From Azolla caroliniana (Eukaryota > Plantae > Polypodiophyta), in contig JBHGNT010000011.1 of NCBI GenBank assembly GCA_043228905.1, positions 6,510,001-6,574,000 on the forward strand: a stretch of 64,000 nt of DNA, given 5' to 3'. Each line of letters opens with the position of its first letter. Position 1 is the first letter of the stretch. The position numbers were made by a program, and so were the translations under genes. A model generated the notes under the pieces. It saw nothing but the letters and a program-made list of their open reading frames with translations. It was not told where the DNA came from and ran no database searches. Positions 12,295-23,600 of this stretch are shown here, in pieces.

Positions 12295-13800
12295 TAATTA
12301 GCTACATCTTAGCTAACTAGCTATTCTTCTATACTATGACAGTAGCTAATTAGCTACCACTAAGCTAATTAGCTACTTCACTTAAGTATAGTACTAGCTA
12401 ATTAGCTACTCAACTAAAGTATAGTACTAGCTAATTAGCCACTATAACTAAAGTATGGTAGTAGCTAATTAGCTACCACTTATCTAATTAGCTACTTACT
12501 AAACTATGGTAGTAGCTAATTAGCTACCACTTAGCTAATTAGCGACTCAGCTAAAGTATGATAGTCGCTAATTAGCTATTGTACTAAAGTATGGTACCAG
12601 CTAATTAGCCACTATAACTAAAGTATAGTTGTAGCTAATTAGCTCCCACTTAGCTAATTAGCGACTATACTAAACTATGGTAGTACCTAATTAGCTAAGT
12701 GGTAGCTAATTAGCTACTCAGCTAACGTATGGTAGTAGGTAATTAGCTATTGTAATAAACTATGGTAGCAACTAATTAGCTAAGTGGTAGCTAATTAGCT
12801 ACTGGGCTAACATATGGTAGTTCTAGTTAGCTATCACTTAGCTAAATAACTACTGTACTAAACTATGGTAGTAGCGAATTAGCTACCACTTACATAATTA
12901 GCTACTCAGCTAAAGTATGGTAGTAGCTAATTACCTAAGTGGTAGCTAATTAGCTATTGTACTAAACTATGCTAGTAGCTAATTATCTACCACTAAGCTA
13001 ATTATCTATTGTATTAAAATATGGTAGTAGCTAATTAGCTACTGTATTAAACTATGGTAGTAGCTAATTAGCTAAGTGGTCGCTAATTACCTACTCAACT
13101 AACGTATGGTAGTAGCTAATTAGCTACCACTTAGCTAATTAGCTACTGTACTAAACTATGGTAATAGCTAATTAGCTTCCACTTAGCTAATTAGCTACTC
13201 AGCTGAAGTATGATAGTAGCTAATTAGCTACTACTTAGCTAATTAGCTATTGTACTAAACTATGATAGTAGCTAATTAGCTACCACTTAGCTAATTAGCT
13301 ACTCAGCTGAAGTATGGTAGTAGCTAATTAGCTACCACCTAGCTAATTAGCTACTGTACTAAACTATGGTAGTAGGTAATTAGCTACTGAGTTAAAGTAT
13401 TGTAGTAGCTAATTAGCTACCATTGAGCTAATTAGTTACTCAACTAAACTATGGTAGTAGATAATTAGCTACTGTATTCAACTATGGCAATAGCTAATTA
13501 GCTACCACTTAGCTACATAGTTACTCAACTAAACTATGGTAATAGCTAATTAGCTACCACTTAGCTAATTAGCTACCACTTAGCTAATTAGCTACTGTAC
13601 TAAACTATGGTAGTAGCTAATTGGCTACCATTTAGCTAATTAGTTACTCAGCTAAAGTATGCTAGTAGCTAATTAGCTACCACTTAGCTAATTAACTACA
13701 TGTTAGGTAATTAGCCACTACACTACAACCATAATAGCTAAACAGTTTCCACACTTTATACAGCTTACCTAATTAGCAAAGATGGAATTAATTAGCTACA
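12295..13800. repeat. Satellite array 2 built on TAGCTAATTAGCTA
   Basis: Same palindrome, same spacer set and same plus-strand orientation as array 1. Confidence 0.97.
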
Positions 13801-15243
13801 CTATGGTCACAAGCAGCAATTTTACTTGTGTGTTTTCTCCAGTCATCTAGGAGAGCTGTACTACAATCCCCCAAACAGAATGCAGCAATGTGACAGGCAT
13901 ATTGAAAACAAACGAGATGGTATGTGTGATGGCATAGTTGTAGGTGAACCAATAGAGTAGCAGATTTTTCCTCTACACGTATTCCACAAGCGATGCAACA
14001 TGCTTGAACAGTTAATATATCGTTTCCTGGTTCTCCTTCATTTGGTAAGGGAGCAAGAATGTTCAGGTCCAATTCTTGTCTACTCCTTACCATCCCCTCC
14101 GCAAAATGTAGCTGCTTCTTAAGGTAGCTAGCTACTTGTTCTTAACGGGAGTATTGTTCCTTCAACGCAGCCGAGAAATTTACCGATTAATTATTCCTTA
14201 ATGAGGAAGATACAACAACAAGAAACAAGAATTATTAACTTACTTGTAGCTTTTCCAAATTGTAATCAGCGACAGTATTTACACCTAGAAGGTCTAGGTT
14301 CATTGAAAGAACCTGGATCTCTGTCTGCAGTTGAATTTTCCGTTGGGGATCTAGCGACCCCTCAATTTCAAGTTCATGTTGAGCAACCTGTTCCAGATAA
14401 TGCCTCAGTAGCACATTTTCATGTACAAGTTATTTATAACATATTACGTACTAGCAAAACAATAGGTACCTAAATCTTATTTCTAATTGTTGTAAGTGCC
14501 AAAGTGACTTTGCTCTCCATCGCAGCAACCAATGTTGCTTTCTCTAAATCAGTCTTAAAAAACTCCAATGTCTCACAGGCTTCATGGACATTTTTTAGCA
14601 TATAGCTAATCAATGTCTCACCTGTATCATCGACATTGGCTTTCATTGTGTGTCAGTGTGGCGTATACTTGCGGGTTTGTTGGGAGTCGGCAATTGCATC
14701 ATCAACTGCCATGCTCCAAAATCTTGCCATTTTCTGTTGCAATCTCCCCATCATCCAACATCTTTCTACCAATGCCTCACCATAAATTGCCCAAGCTACC
14801 CTGTACATTTCAAGGTCACAAGATTCCTTCGTTGTTTTGCAATACTCGTATGCAAAAGCTGTAGCAAATGAAACAGACAACTCATTGTTGACCGAGATCT
14901 CTTGATGTACTTTCTAGTGCAGTCTCATGCAGTCATCGTATAGGTCCGGTCGTACATGCTTGAGCTTGACCTTGCCTTTCACTCTAGACACTTTATATAT
15001 TGACATCCAGTTTATATCACTAATCAATCTATCTGTTAGAACAACAAGGTCAATACCCTCAAACGACAGACCATATATGTTGTGAAAGTCCTCCGTTGTC
15101 CCACAAAATTTTGCGAAGTTCAACACTCTAGGATAGGGAGGAACGAGTCACCTAAAATAGAAAATCAGTAATCAGAATTGGTGCAAAAACAAAAATTTTA
15201 ATGTGAATTTGGTGCAAAATTACAACACTTTGAGACAATAATC

Positions 15244-15475
15244 TGAAATTTGTAATATGTCCTTTTCAACATGTATCAGAAATCAACCACTTAAAAAATC
15301 AGAAACCCTAATCAGAATTTGTCATGAGAATTGGTGCAAAATTACAACACATTGCGACAGTAATCAAAAATTTGTAATCAGAAATTTGTAATTAGAAATT
15401 TGTAACCAGAAACTTGTAATCTGAAATTTGTAATCAGAAACCCTAAACCACTTAAGGGAAACACAAACCCTAATC
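15244..15475. repeat. 14-bp tandem repeats (GAAATTTGTAATCA) with interspersed AAACCCTAA telo-boxes, intronic
   Basis: Read directly; lies within the intron 15684-15153. Confidence 0.8.
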
Positions 15476-16102
15476 ATCACTAAAGGCATAAATCAACCGT
15501 ACTACGAAATTCTATCAATCAGAAACACACATGCTGCTACACCCCGATCTTCGAGACATCCTTGTTTGGGACTCCAACGACTTCGCCCTATTCGATTTTT
15601 GGGAAAGATGAACATGTACCAAAGTTACAGACAGTTAACAGAAAGGGAAAAAAAAAGTTATTTTAATATGTAACTGATACATACCTGGACGAGAATCGAC
15701 TTGCTCGTGTGTTGTAGCTCTGAAGGTGCAATGTCGATCTCAGAGTTTTTGTGTTGTTGCGGTAGCTTCGTCTACATTCATGCTAAGAGTACTCCATCTG
15801 TTTGGAGTTTGAACTCGAACTCAGGATTATCAAGAATATGATGACATTCAAGTCGACCTTAGATGATGGCAGTATTCCCCATATTCCACTACGTCAGAAA
15901 CCAAAGTTCAAATATTTGAGTATTCTCATAAATTAAATGACATGTATTTAAATGACACGTATTTAACTAATAAAACATAAAATTTCGTAAACCATCCTTA
16001 TGATTTTCACACAAAAAACTAGCTAAACAAATAGCTAATTAGTTGTGGCCATTTTAGTAGCTAATTAGCTATAATAGTGTTTCCACTCACATGCTTTTAC
16101 CC

Positions 16103-16393
16103 AGTGCACTTCTATGTGCTTCGTTTGTGCATAGAACACGGGGTTCTTGACAAGTTGAATGCTTCTCATGTTGTCACAGTAGATCAGGATCGGGGTCGGT
16201 ACCTCGATCCGTAGGTCTTGTAGCAGTCGCCGAAGCCAGATGGCTTCACAGGTGGCAATAGTAGTGCGCCGGTATTTAGCCTCAATGCTTGACAGAGCCA
16301 CTGTTGGCTACTTTTTGTTTCTCCACGCAACAGCCGCACTACCCAAGAGGTGGATCGGCGATCTGATGCATCACTAGCCTAGTCGGCATCTGT
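16103..16393 (-). pseudogene. Ty1/copia RNaseH fragment
   Basis: ALSSIEAKY...CEAIWLRRLL...YCDN...KNPVFYAQTKHIEVH. Confidence 0.9.
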
Positions 16394-16704
16394 ATGCGAG
16401 TTTTTGACAACGGAACTTACCGACTATGCAAGTTGGATGGAACGATGCTACGAGTGCCTATAGCCGGGAAACGGGTGAAGATTTTCAAGAAGCGGACTGA
16501 AGAAGTACCCTATGTGATCCTAGACAAGACCGATAAGAAGGAGCAATCGGACGAAGATCACGGTAATGCGGAAAGCGAGGAAAGTGGATTACAACTCATA
16601 GTCGACTTAAGGGGAGAATTGGAGGAAGCTTCGGATGAAGGTGAATAGCAAGCATCGGGGACTTCGGCACATACCAGAGGATGTGCAGGTTCGGAGGGGG
16701 CGAC

Positions 16705-17593
16705 TGTCGTATTGTAATTTGCACACTACGCGAAAAATTACATTTTTGGTTTCTCCAGATAGGATATGGAGTACCCAGTGAGAACCGGAAGAAAGAACCG
16801 GTGAGGACCGAAACCGGTAAGGAGATCGTGAAGAGCCGGATGAAGAAGGCCGGTGAGAGTCGGTGAGAAACGGACGAAGAGGACCGGTAAGGAGGATCCG
16901 GTAAGAACCGGATAAAGAGAACCGGTGAGAACCGGATGAAGTAGAACCGGCAAGAGCCGGATGAAGAAGGCCGGTGAGAGTCTCTCACCAGAAGAAGAGA
17001 CATATTTGTAAATAGAAGAAAGTATAAAATTATATATTACATGCATAGGGAAGATTCGAACCTTGCACCTCCATGTTAATAATGTTAAGCCTTATCATTA
17101 TACTAGCGTATTATGAATTTTTAAGTTATACTAAACTTTATCCCATGTAAAATTTCTAGACATGCATGGTACAAAAAGTTATTCATGCATAGACACTCGA
17201 GTTAAAAGAAAAGATGAGATAGGAAGCTAATCATGCACATGTAGTGTGCATGAAAACTAAAGATAGGAAAAGCATGATGCTTGCATGTGATAAACTTAGA
17301 CTCTTCCAACACTATATAAGGAAGAGAGGAAGATGTATAGAGGTTGTTGATTATTTTACAAGGATTTTTATCAATCTAATATATTCGTGGGATTCACGAT
17401 TTTTTTCCTTCTATTTCTCTCTTACATTCTAAGTATCAATTAATACACTATACTCGTGGGATTCACGAGGTTCATATCTTCTTTCAAATATTTCTCTTTC
17501 TTGCAATCGATTCATAAGGAGCCTTATCTCATATTCTTCTTTCTCCTAGTCCAAAACCTCAGCGGTTCCCACCCAACTCACGCAACGATCCGG
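16705..17593 (+). mobile_element. Family A LTR (3' tip deleted)
   Basis: TGTCGT follows the PPT GGAGGGGGCGAC. Near-identical to 23601-24497. Confidence 0.95.
17041..17112 (-). promoter_or_regulatory. tRNA-like Pol III A-box/B-box cassette within the LTR
   Basis: Minus strand TAGTATAATGATAAG...GAGGTGCAAGGTTCGAATCTT, with canonical box spacing and a downstream TTTT. Homologues at 20393-20464, 23946-24017, 24861-24933, 30646-30717, 34125-34197 and 35086-35160. Confidence 0.7.
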
Positions 17594-18893
17594 TGGAGCA
17601 GTTGCTGAAAGATATGGAGAATCTGAAAATCACGATGGTGAAGAAGTCAGGAGACCGTCCCACAAACTCCAAGTATATGGACCGTCGATGTATATGGTGT
17701 GATGGCACCGAACACGATCGGAGGGATTGCGACAAGCACAAGGAGGCGTTACGACGAGATCTTATCTACTACGAGGGAAATCGGATTCATTCGATGGACT
17801 TTCGGAAGCCACTCCGACCGAACTTCCAGAACGGCGGCATGAAGAAGGTTCTAGAGGAGGAAATAGCGGAAAAAGGTAATTATGCGACAACCGCGGGAAT
17901 AAGTGTGGGTGAGTCGTCGGGAGCAAAGGCGTCTTTTTGGCCGGATATGCTAGAAAACCCCGAGAAAACCGACTCCAATGAGATCCGAAGCACCGCGGAA
18001 GGCATCCGTAAAGCTACAGGATGGGAGTGCCCCGTGGATAAGAATAGCGTGTTGGCTTTATGCCAATTGCATGAAGTGTATGTAAATGAGAAGCGACGGC
18101 GCACGGATGAGGTGGCCGGTCCATCGAAGACACCGGAAAGCCGGAACTCTGGAGGTAAGGGAAAAGAAAAGATGATTCCGGCATTCAAGCTCGCATCGGA
18201 CATCAAACAACAAACAGACTTGAAAAAGGTGTTCAAGGAGAGAATCCTCGATAGCCGGGTAGATTTTTCGCTTCGAGAATTACTCGGAATAGCGAAGAAG
18301 GAGTTCCACGATCTTCTTGTGGATCTCGTGAAGAGAAAAAGGCAAAGTACGGAGGAGAACGCTCCAAGGGTGAATGCAAATACCGTTCTAATGAATGACA
18401 CCGAATTGGAGGACGAAATACCGAATTCTCACTACACAAAGCCACATTGAGCACGCGCGACTACGGAGACTCCGGTCCGAATCGGTAACATCAAAGAACC
18501 CGTGCTAGCATTGATTGGTCACGGATCGGAGATCAACTTGATGTCCAAGGAATTCTACCGGAAGGGTAAGTGGCCTATTAACACGAATCATGGGTGGAAG
18601 ATCCGGGCAGCCACTAAAGCAATGGAAGAGCTATTTGTGGCTTGTCTGGATGTGATGGTGAAGATCGGGGATGTGGAGATAGACCAAAATTTCTTCGTGC
18701 AAGATGAGGTCTCACACTTCGTGACCCTCGGGCAACCCTTTATCACGACATCACGGATGGAGACGAAGGTGCTCGATAGCGGTGCGGCTTTTGCGCGAAT
18801 TCAGAGCCAAAACAGAGGGAAATCCGTCCAATTCCTAACGGTGCAGGCAAATCATGAAAGGAACAAGAGGGAGCTCTTGTCCCAAACAAAGAT

Positions 18894-18962
18894 GGATTTT
18901 TAGATCGGACTGTTGCGGAGTGGGGAAGTCATAGTCCGAGAAGCCCTGATACCCCACACAGG
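18894..18962 (+). promoter_or_regulatory. Putative -1 ribosomal frameshift signal (G GAT TTT plus downstream stem)
   Basis: The gag-PR frame ends MDF*. The -1 frame is open from 18900 into the RT ORF at 19038. GTGGGG/CCCCAC can pair downstream. Conserved in the minus-strand copy at 28754-28760. Confidence 0.7.
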
Positions 18963-19793
18963 AAGAAGGCTCTCGGAGCAAAACAAGTACGAATCGGTCC
19001 GGATGGGGCATCCACGTACACGGCAGTAACCGGAGGAATGAAGAAAGAATACCGAAAAGTGGAGGATAAGTTACGGTCGGCATCAATAATAGAAGAAGAC
19101 GAAGAAATCGTGGGAATAGTCGAAGAAGTGTTCTATCGAAGCACATTACAATGGCTTGAAGAGCTCGCGGAAGATACAAGCCAGGGAAACCGGGTAATTC
19201 CGGTGGACTCAGTCGAGATGTACGAGATCATTGCGAAAATGGGGCCTGATGCATTCCGCAAAGAAGAAGTAATGGTAAGTACGAAATACAAGACCGTGGA
19301 GAAGAAAGTGAAACCGGCCGCAAGACCGCTACCCACCTATAGCGACCAAATGAGGAAAGAAGTCTCGGGAGATCCAACACTTCGAAAGTCCGTGGATATC
19401 GGACATGCCTTCTCGGATGAGACCCGGAAGAAACTTCGGATCGGTGGAGGTGGTTTCCTCTCACAAAAAGAAGAAGAACGGTTTCGTGAGATGCTGGAAC
19501 AACATGGAGAAGCATTTGCATTCAAATCAAAGGAGATAGGGTGCGTTGATCCGAAGATAGTGGAGCCGATGGTGATCTTCACGATTGACCATGTGCCATG
19601 GAGCCTAAAGCCAATTCCGGTGCCGCGGGCATATATTCCAAAAGTCATCGACTTACTCAAGGAGAAGGTGGCGATGGGGATTCTAGACCCACCAAACGCT
19701 CCGTACTTAAATCGATGGTTTACGGTTCTGAAGAAGAATGGGTCACTCCGATTTATCCAAGAGTTGCAATCGGTGAACAAGGTCACGATCCGG

Positions 19794-20912
19794 TGTCGTG
19801 AAGATTTTCGGCAATAGTGTGAAAATCCCATAAAACGTACGAAATCGAGTATGAATCACGTAGTACAATAATTGTGAAGATAACATTTTAAATAGATTTA
19901 ATATCTAAGTACAAAATGATGGAGGTTTCGAATGCACTTTATTACACGAGAAACGGACAACTAAATGTCAAGATATGAGGGTATAAAGTTTGTAAAAGGA
20001 AAGGAGAAATTTGTGAGATATCCCACATAGGCACGACAAATACAGCTCTCATCATATATAAGGTGGAGCAAAAGATATAATCTTTGTGTCTATGTGTGGA
20101 GCATAGAGAGTTCAAGGTAACTTGAACTAAGAGTGGAGGTGGGCTAGCTACTCGTAAAGGGTTTTGGCCAACCAAAACCGGACCGGCGATGGAGCCGGTG
20201 ATCCGACGGCATCCGGCACCGGTATCTGGCGACGGTGATCCGACGGCATCCGGCGAGGCACTGGTAACCGACGGCATCCGGCGGCGGCACCGGTATCCGA
20301 CGACAGCATCCGACGACGGCATCCGGCGAACCGGCGTCCGACAACTAGATAAATAAATATATAAATATATATACATATTTACATATACAAGGAGGGCAAG
20401 TAAGGATTCAAACCTTGCACCTCCAAGTTAGGAGTCAATTAGCTTACCATTAAGCCATGCTATTTAGTTGAAATTATATTTCTATCATTGTACTTTTACA
20501 TGTAAATTCTCATACATGAGAACTAAAATGAGTGACATGGTTATCATGCACCACATGTAATACATAAGCGCCAAATGGCAAACATGCAATTTATGCATGT
20601 CTTGTACCCTCACATGCATCATATGCATGAGAGCATCTATAAAAGAGGGAAGGGGGAGGAGAAAAAACACGGTTTTTTTTATGAAAATTAAGAGGAAGAA
20701 ATTCGTTATCAAATTGATCGTGTAACTTGTTTCTTAAATCTAAAGTTAAAAGTTCAATCAATCTCTCTCAATCGTGTAATCTCAACTTCTCTCTTTCCCA
20801 ATCTATCTTAAGTACTTTCTCGCCAAAGCTTGTATCGACTCTAAATCCTTCTAGTCCAGAACCCCGGCGGTTCCGCCTCACGATCCGCGCGTAGTGACGG
20901 ATCTTCACGACA
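19794..20912 (+). mobile_element. Nested solo LTR (relative of family A) with 4-bp TSD CCGG
   Basis: 12-bp terminal inverted repeat TGTCGTGAAGAT...ATCTTCACGACA, with CCGG on both sides. The empty site is visible in the paralogous RT near 27865. Confidence 0.95.
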
Positions 20913-21417
20913 CCGGAATTCCGGAGTCGGTCCGATAGTGGACGAATTTGCGGAAGCATTTGCCGGTCACACAATATACTCCATCCGAGACCTATACTCT
21001 GGATATGACCAATTTCAACTAGTCGTGGAGAGCCGAGACATCACTACCATGCGGACACTGATAGGATTAGTCCGGATGTGTACGCTACCACAAGCCGCGA
21101 CGAACTAAGTCGCACATATGATGAATGCGATGAACAAGGTGCTAGGGGATTGCATACCGGAGATAACGATGCCGTTCCTAGATGACATTCCGATAAAAGG
21201 GTGTGCGGTGGAAGAAAAAGATGAAGTTATGGATGAACGGGGATGCCGAAGGTTCGTAGTCAACCATATCCGTGATTGTGAGAAAGTGTTACGGAAGTTA
21301 GAAGATGTGCATCTAACACTTTCCGAAGAGAAATCGGCATTCGGACAAGAAGAAATATTGGTAGTCGGACATCTATGTGGGCCCTACGGCTGAAGACCGT
21401 CACCAACCAAGATTGAT

Positions 21418-23544
21418 GTGATTCAAGCTATGAAAGAAGTATGCGAGTCACAATCCGAAGTCCGAAGGTTTCTTGGAGCATGTGCATTCTATCACATATG
21501 GATTCTGCACTACGCACATATTGCGGACACTTGTTGCGGGAAGAAGTTCGAATGGAAACCGGAACGCACCGAAGCCATGAGGAAGCTCAAGATAACACTG
21601 CGGAGGACGGAAGCTCTAAAGAAGCCGAACTATGACCGACCGATTATAGTAACGGTTGATACAAGTCCAACCGGAATCGGATGGGTCATCAATCAACTCG
21701 ACTCGGATGGTTCGCGATATCCGATCCGATTCGGAGCAAAGGTTCTCAACGAAAGGCAACGCGGGTATGCGCAAGTCAAAAGAGAATTATGGGGAGTCGT
21801 GTCGGCAATCAAATCGGATCGAGATTATTTGATCGGAGCCGAAGTAGTGATCGAAACGGATTGTATTCCGATACTCGGGATGATGCAGTGTTGTACTATA
21901 CCGGATGTGGCTATGCTAAGGTGGATTGCATATGTTAAGTCACTTAATCCAGAGGTAAGACACATCTTTGGAAAAGACAATGTTGTAGCAGATATGCTAT
22001 CAAGGGCGCGGTTCGGAGATGACATAACCGAATCCGATAATGAAGAAGTTTCTGAAGACTACTTTGCTTCGGAGCACATATGCCAGGTGGACGTAATCCA
22101 AGAATTCCAAGAAGACGAATACGAGGGAGAAAGCTTGTTGATCAAGAAAATGCTACGAGAAATCGAGGAATCATCGGACAATAAAGAGAAGAGAGCCGAG
22201 ATCCAAAGTAAGAAACGCCAAGTCCGAAAGTTCTTCTTGAAAAATGGATTTTTATGGAGGGAGCCGAAAAGACCGGGTGGCATACCACTTCGAGTAGTCG
22301 GGACAAAAGAGCAACGAAACCAGGTAATGTCCAAATTTCACGAATCTGATTGGGCTGGACATCGGGGAACATGGGCAACATTTGGGAAGATCAAGCAAAG
22401 GTATTGGTGGAAAAATATGTACAACGATGTCGCGGAGTTCACGGAAAGCTGCGAGAAGTGTCAAATCTACTCCGGAGTTCGACACCGAGATGAGTTACAT
22501 CCGACATTCTCGCCGACAATCAACTTCAAATGGATGGTCGACATTGTAGCCATGCCAACCGGGATTGGACAAAAGAAGTACTTGGTGTTAGCTCAGGAAG
22601 ATCTCACAAATCAAGTAGAAGGTCGGGCACTACGAAGAAAAACGTGTTCTGCGGTATGTCAATTTCTTTTGGAAGAAGTGTTTTGCAGGTACGGGTGCGT
22701 AGGACTAGTGATTGCGAATCGGGGAGAACTTGACTATGATAAAGCTAGGGGATTCTTCGCCAAACATGGAGTTCGGTTAACACTAACAACGGCATACAAT
22801 CCGGAAGCCAACGGGAAGGTCGAGCGAGGACATAGTCCGATCGTCAAAGCACTTGCCAAAGAATGCGACGGAAGGGTGATGGATTGGCCGCAGATGCTCC
22901 CGTATGCACTATGGGCGGATCAGACAACGCATAGCTCCATAACCGGTTATATGCCGGCAGAACTTATGACCGGACAAGCACCGGTAATGCCGACGGAAAC
23001 CGCAATCGCGACATGGACAATGCTACCAAGGAAGGAAGAGATGAGCCGGGAAGAACTACTAGCGGTCCGGATACGACAACTGGAGGGAAGACCGGAAGAT
23101 GTAGCGGAAGCGTCACGCCAACAACAAGAAGCGCGACTCCGGAACAAAAGTCGGTTTGACACCAAGCACCGACTACGACCACTGAAGATTGAAGAAGGAG
23201 ATTGGGTGATTGTCTATGATAGTAGTTTGGATCATCCACATACAATAGTATGGAAGTTTGCAAAAAGGTGGTTCGGCCCATATGAGGTTTGGAAAGTTTT
23301 CGACAACGGAACTTACAGACTATGCCAGTTGGATGGAACGATGCTACGAGTGCCTATAGCCGGGAAACGGGTGAAGATTTTCAAGAAGCGGACTGAAGAA
23401 GTACCCTATGTGATCCTAGACAAGACCTATAAGAAGGAGCAATCGGACGAAGATCGTGGTAATGCGGAAAGCGAGGAAAGTGGATTACAACTCATAGTCG
23501 ACTTAAGGGGAGAACTGGAGGAAGCTTCGGATGAAGGTGAATAG
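21418..23544 (+). pseudogene. Ty3/gypsy RNaseH-integrase open frame (708 aa)
   Basis: Longest ORF in the window, with RNaseH and integrase motifs. The upstream RT is interrupted by stops and a solo LTR. Confidence 0.9.
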
Positions 23545-23600
23545 CAAGCATCAGGGACTTCGACACATACCAGAGGATGTGCGGGTTCGGAGGGGGCGAG

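Larger units (their letters stand above)
10833..15781 (-). pseudogene. Transposon accessory gene: unknown N-terminal domain, coiled coil, RING-like finger, acidic linker, degenerate FCP1/SCP (NIF) HAD-like domain
   Basis: ATG at 15781. An in-frame GT-AG intron spans 15684-15153 (CCAG|GTATGT ... TTTTAG|GT). RING-like CIAC...CHHTYHLVC...CLGDC. FCP1-like ALILELDRVL...FMEWAVQYFDL...WTRENC...KRLFDFW...YNADNTLILD. Many stops and frameshifts. Confidence 0.6.
6328..16102. mobile_element. Left-truncated Sola2-like DNA transposon with two convergent genes and two satellite arrays
   Basis: Contains a transposase (+) and an accessory gene (-). The right terminus reads 5'-GGGTAAAAGC on the minus strand, at the exact point where a copia RNaseH frame (KHIEVH|Y) breaks. 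Subterminal TAGCTAATTAG motifs at 16030-16070. Confidence 0.65.

Noticed and set aside
6445-13800. CRISPR-like appearance (palindromic repeats with spacers)
   Set aside because: Spacers are a few recurring sequences rather than unique ones, there are no cas genes, and the context is eukaryotic.
15303-15473. Interstitial telomere array
   Set aside because: Only three isolated AAACCCTAA units, better read as telo-boxes.
16102-16106. CACTG terminus suggesting a CACTA element
   Set aside because: CACT is expected from the host copia codons GTG CAC TAC, and the transposase is not TnpD-like. A GGG terminus fits better.
17041-17112. Functional tRNA gene
   Set aside because: Acceptor and anticodon stems do not pair convincingly, so it is reported as a tRNA-like cassette only.
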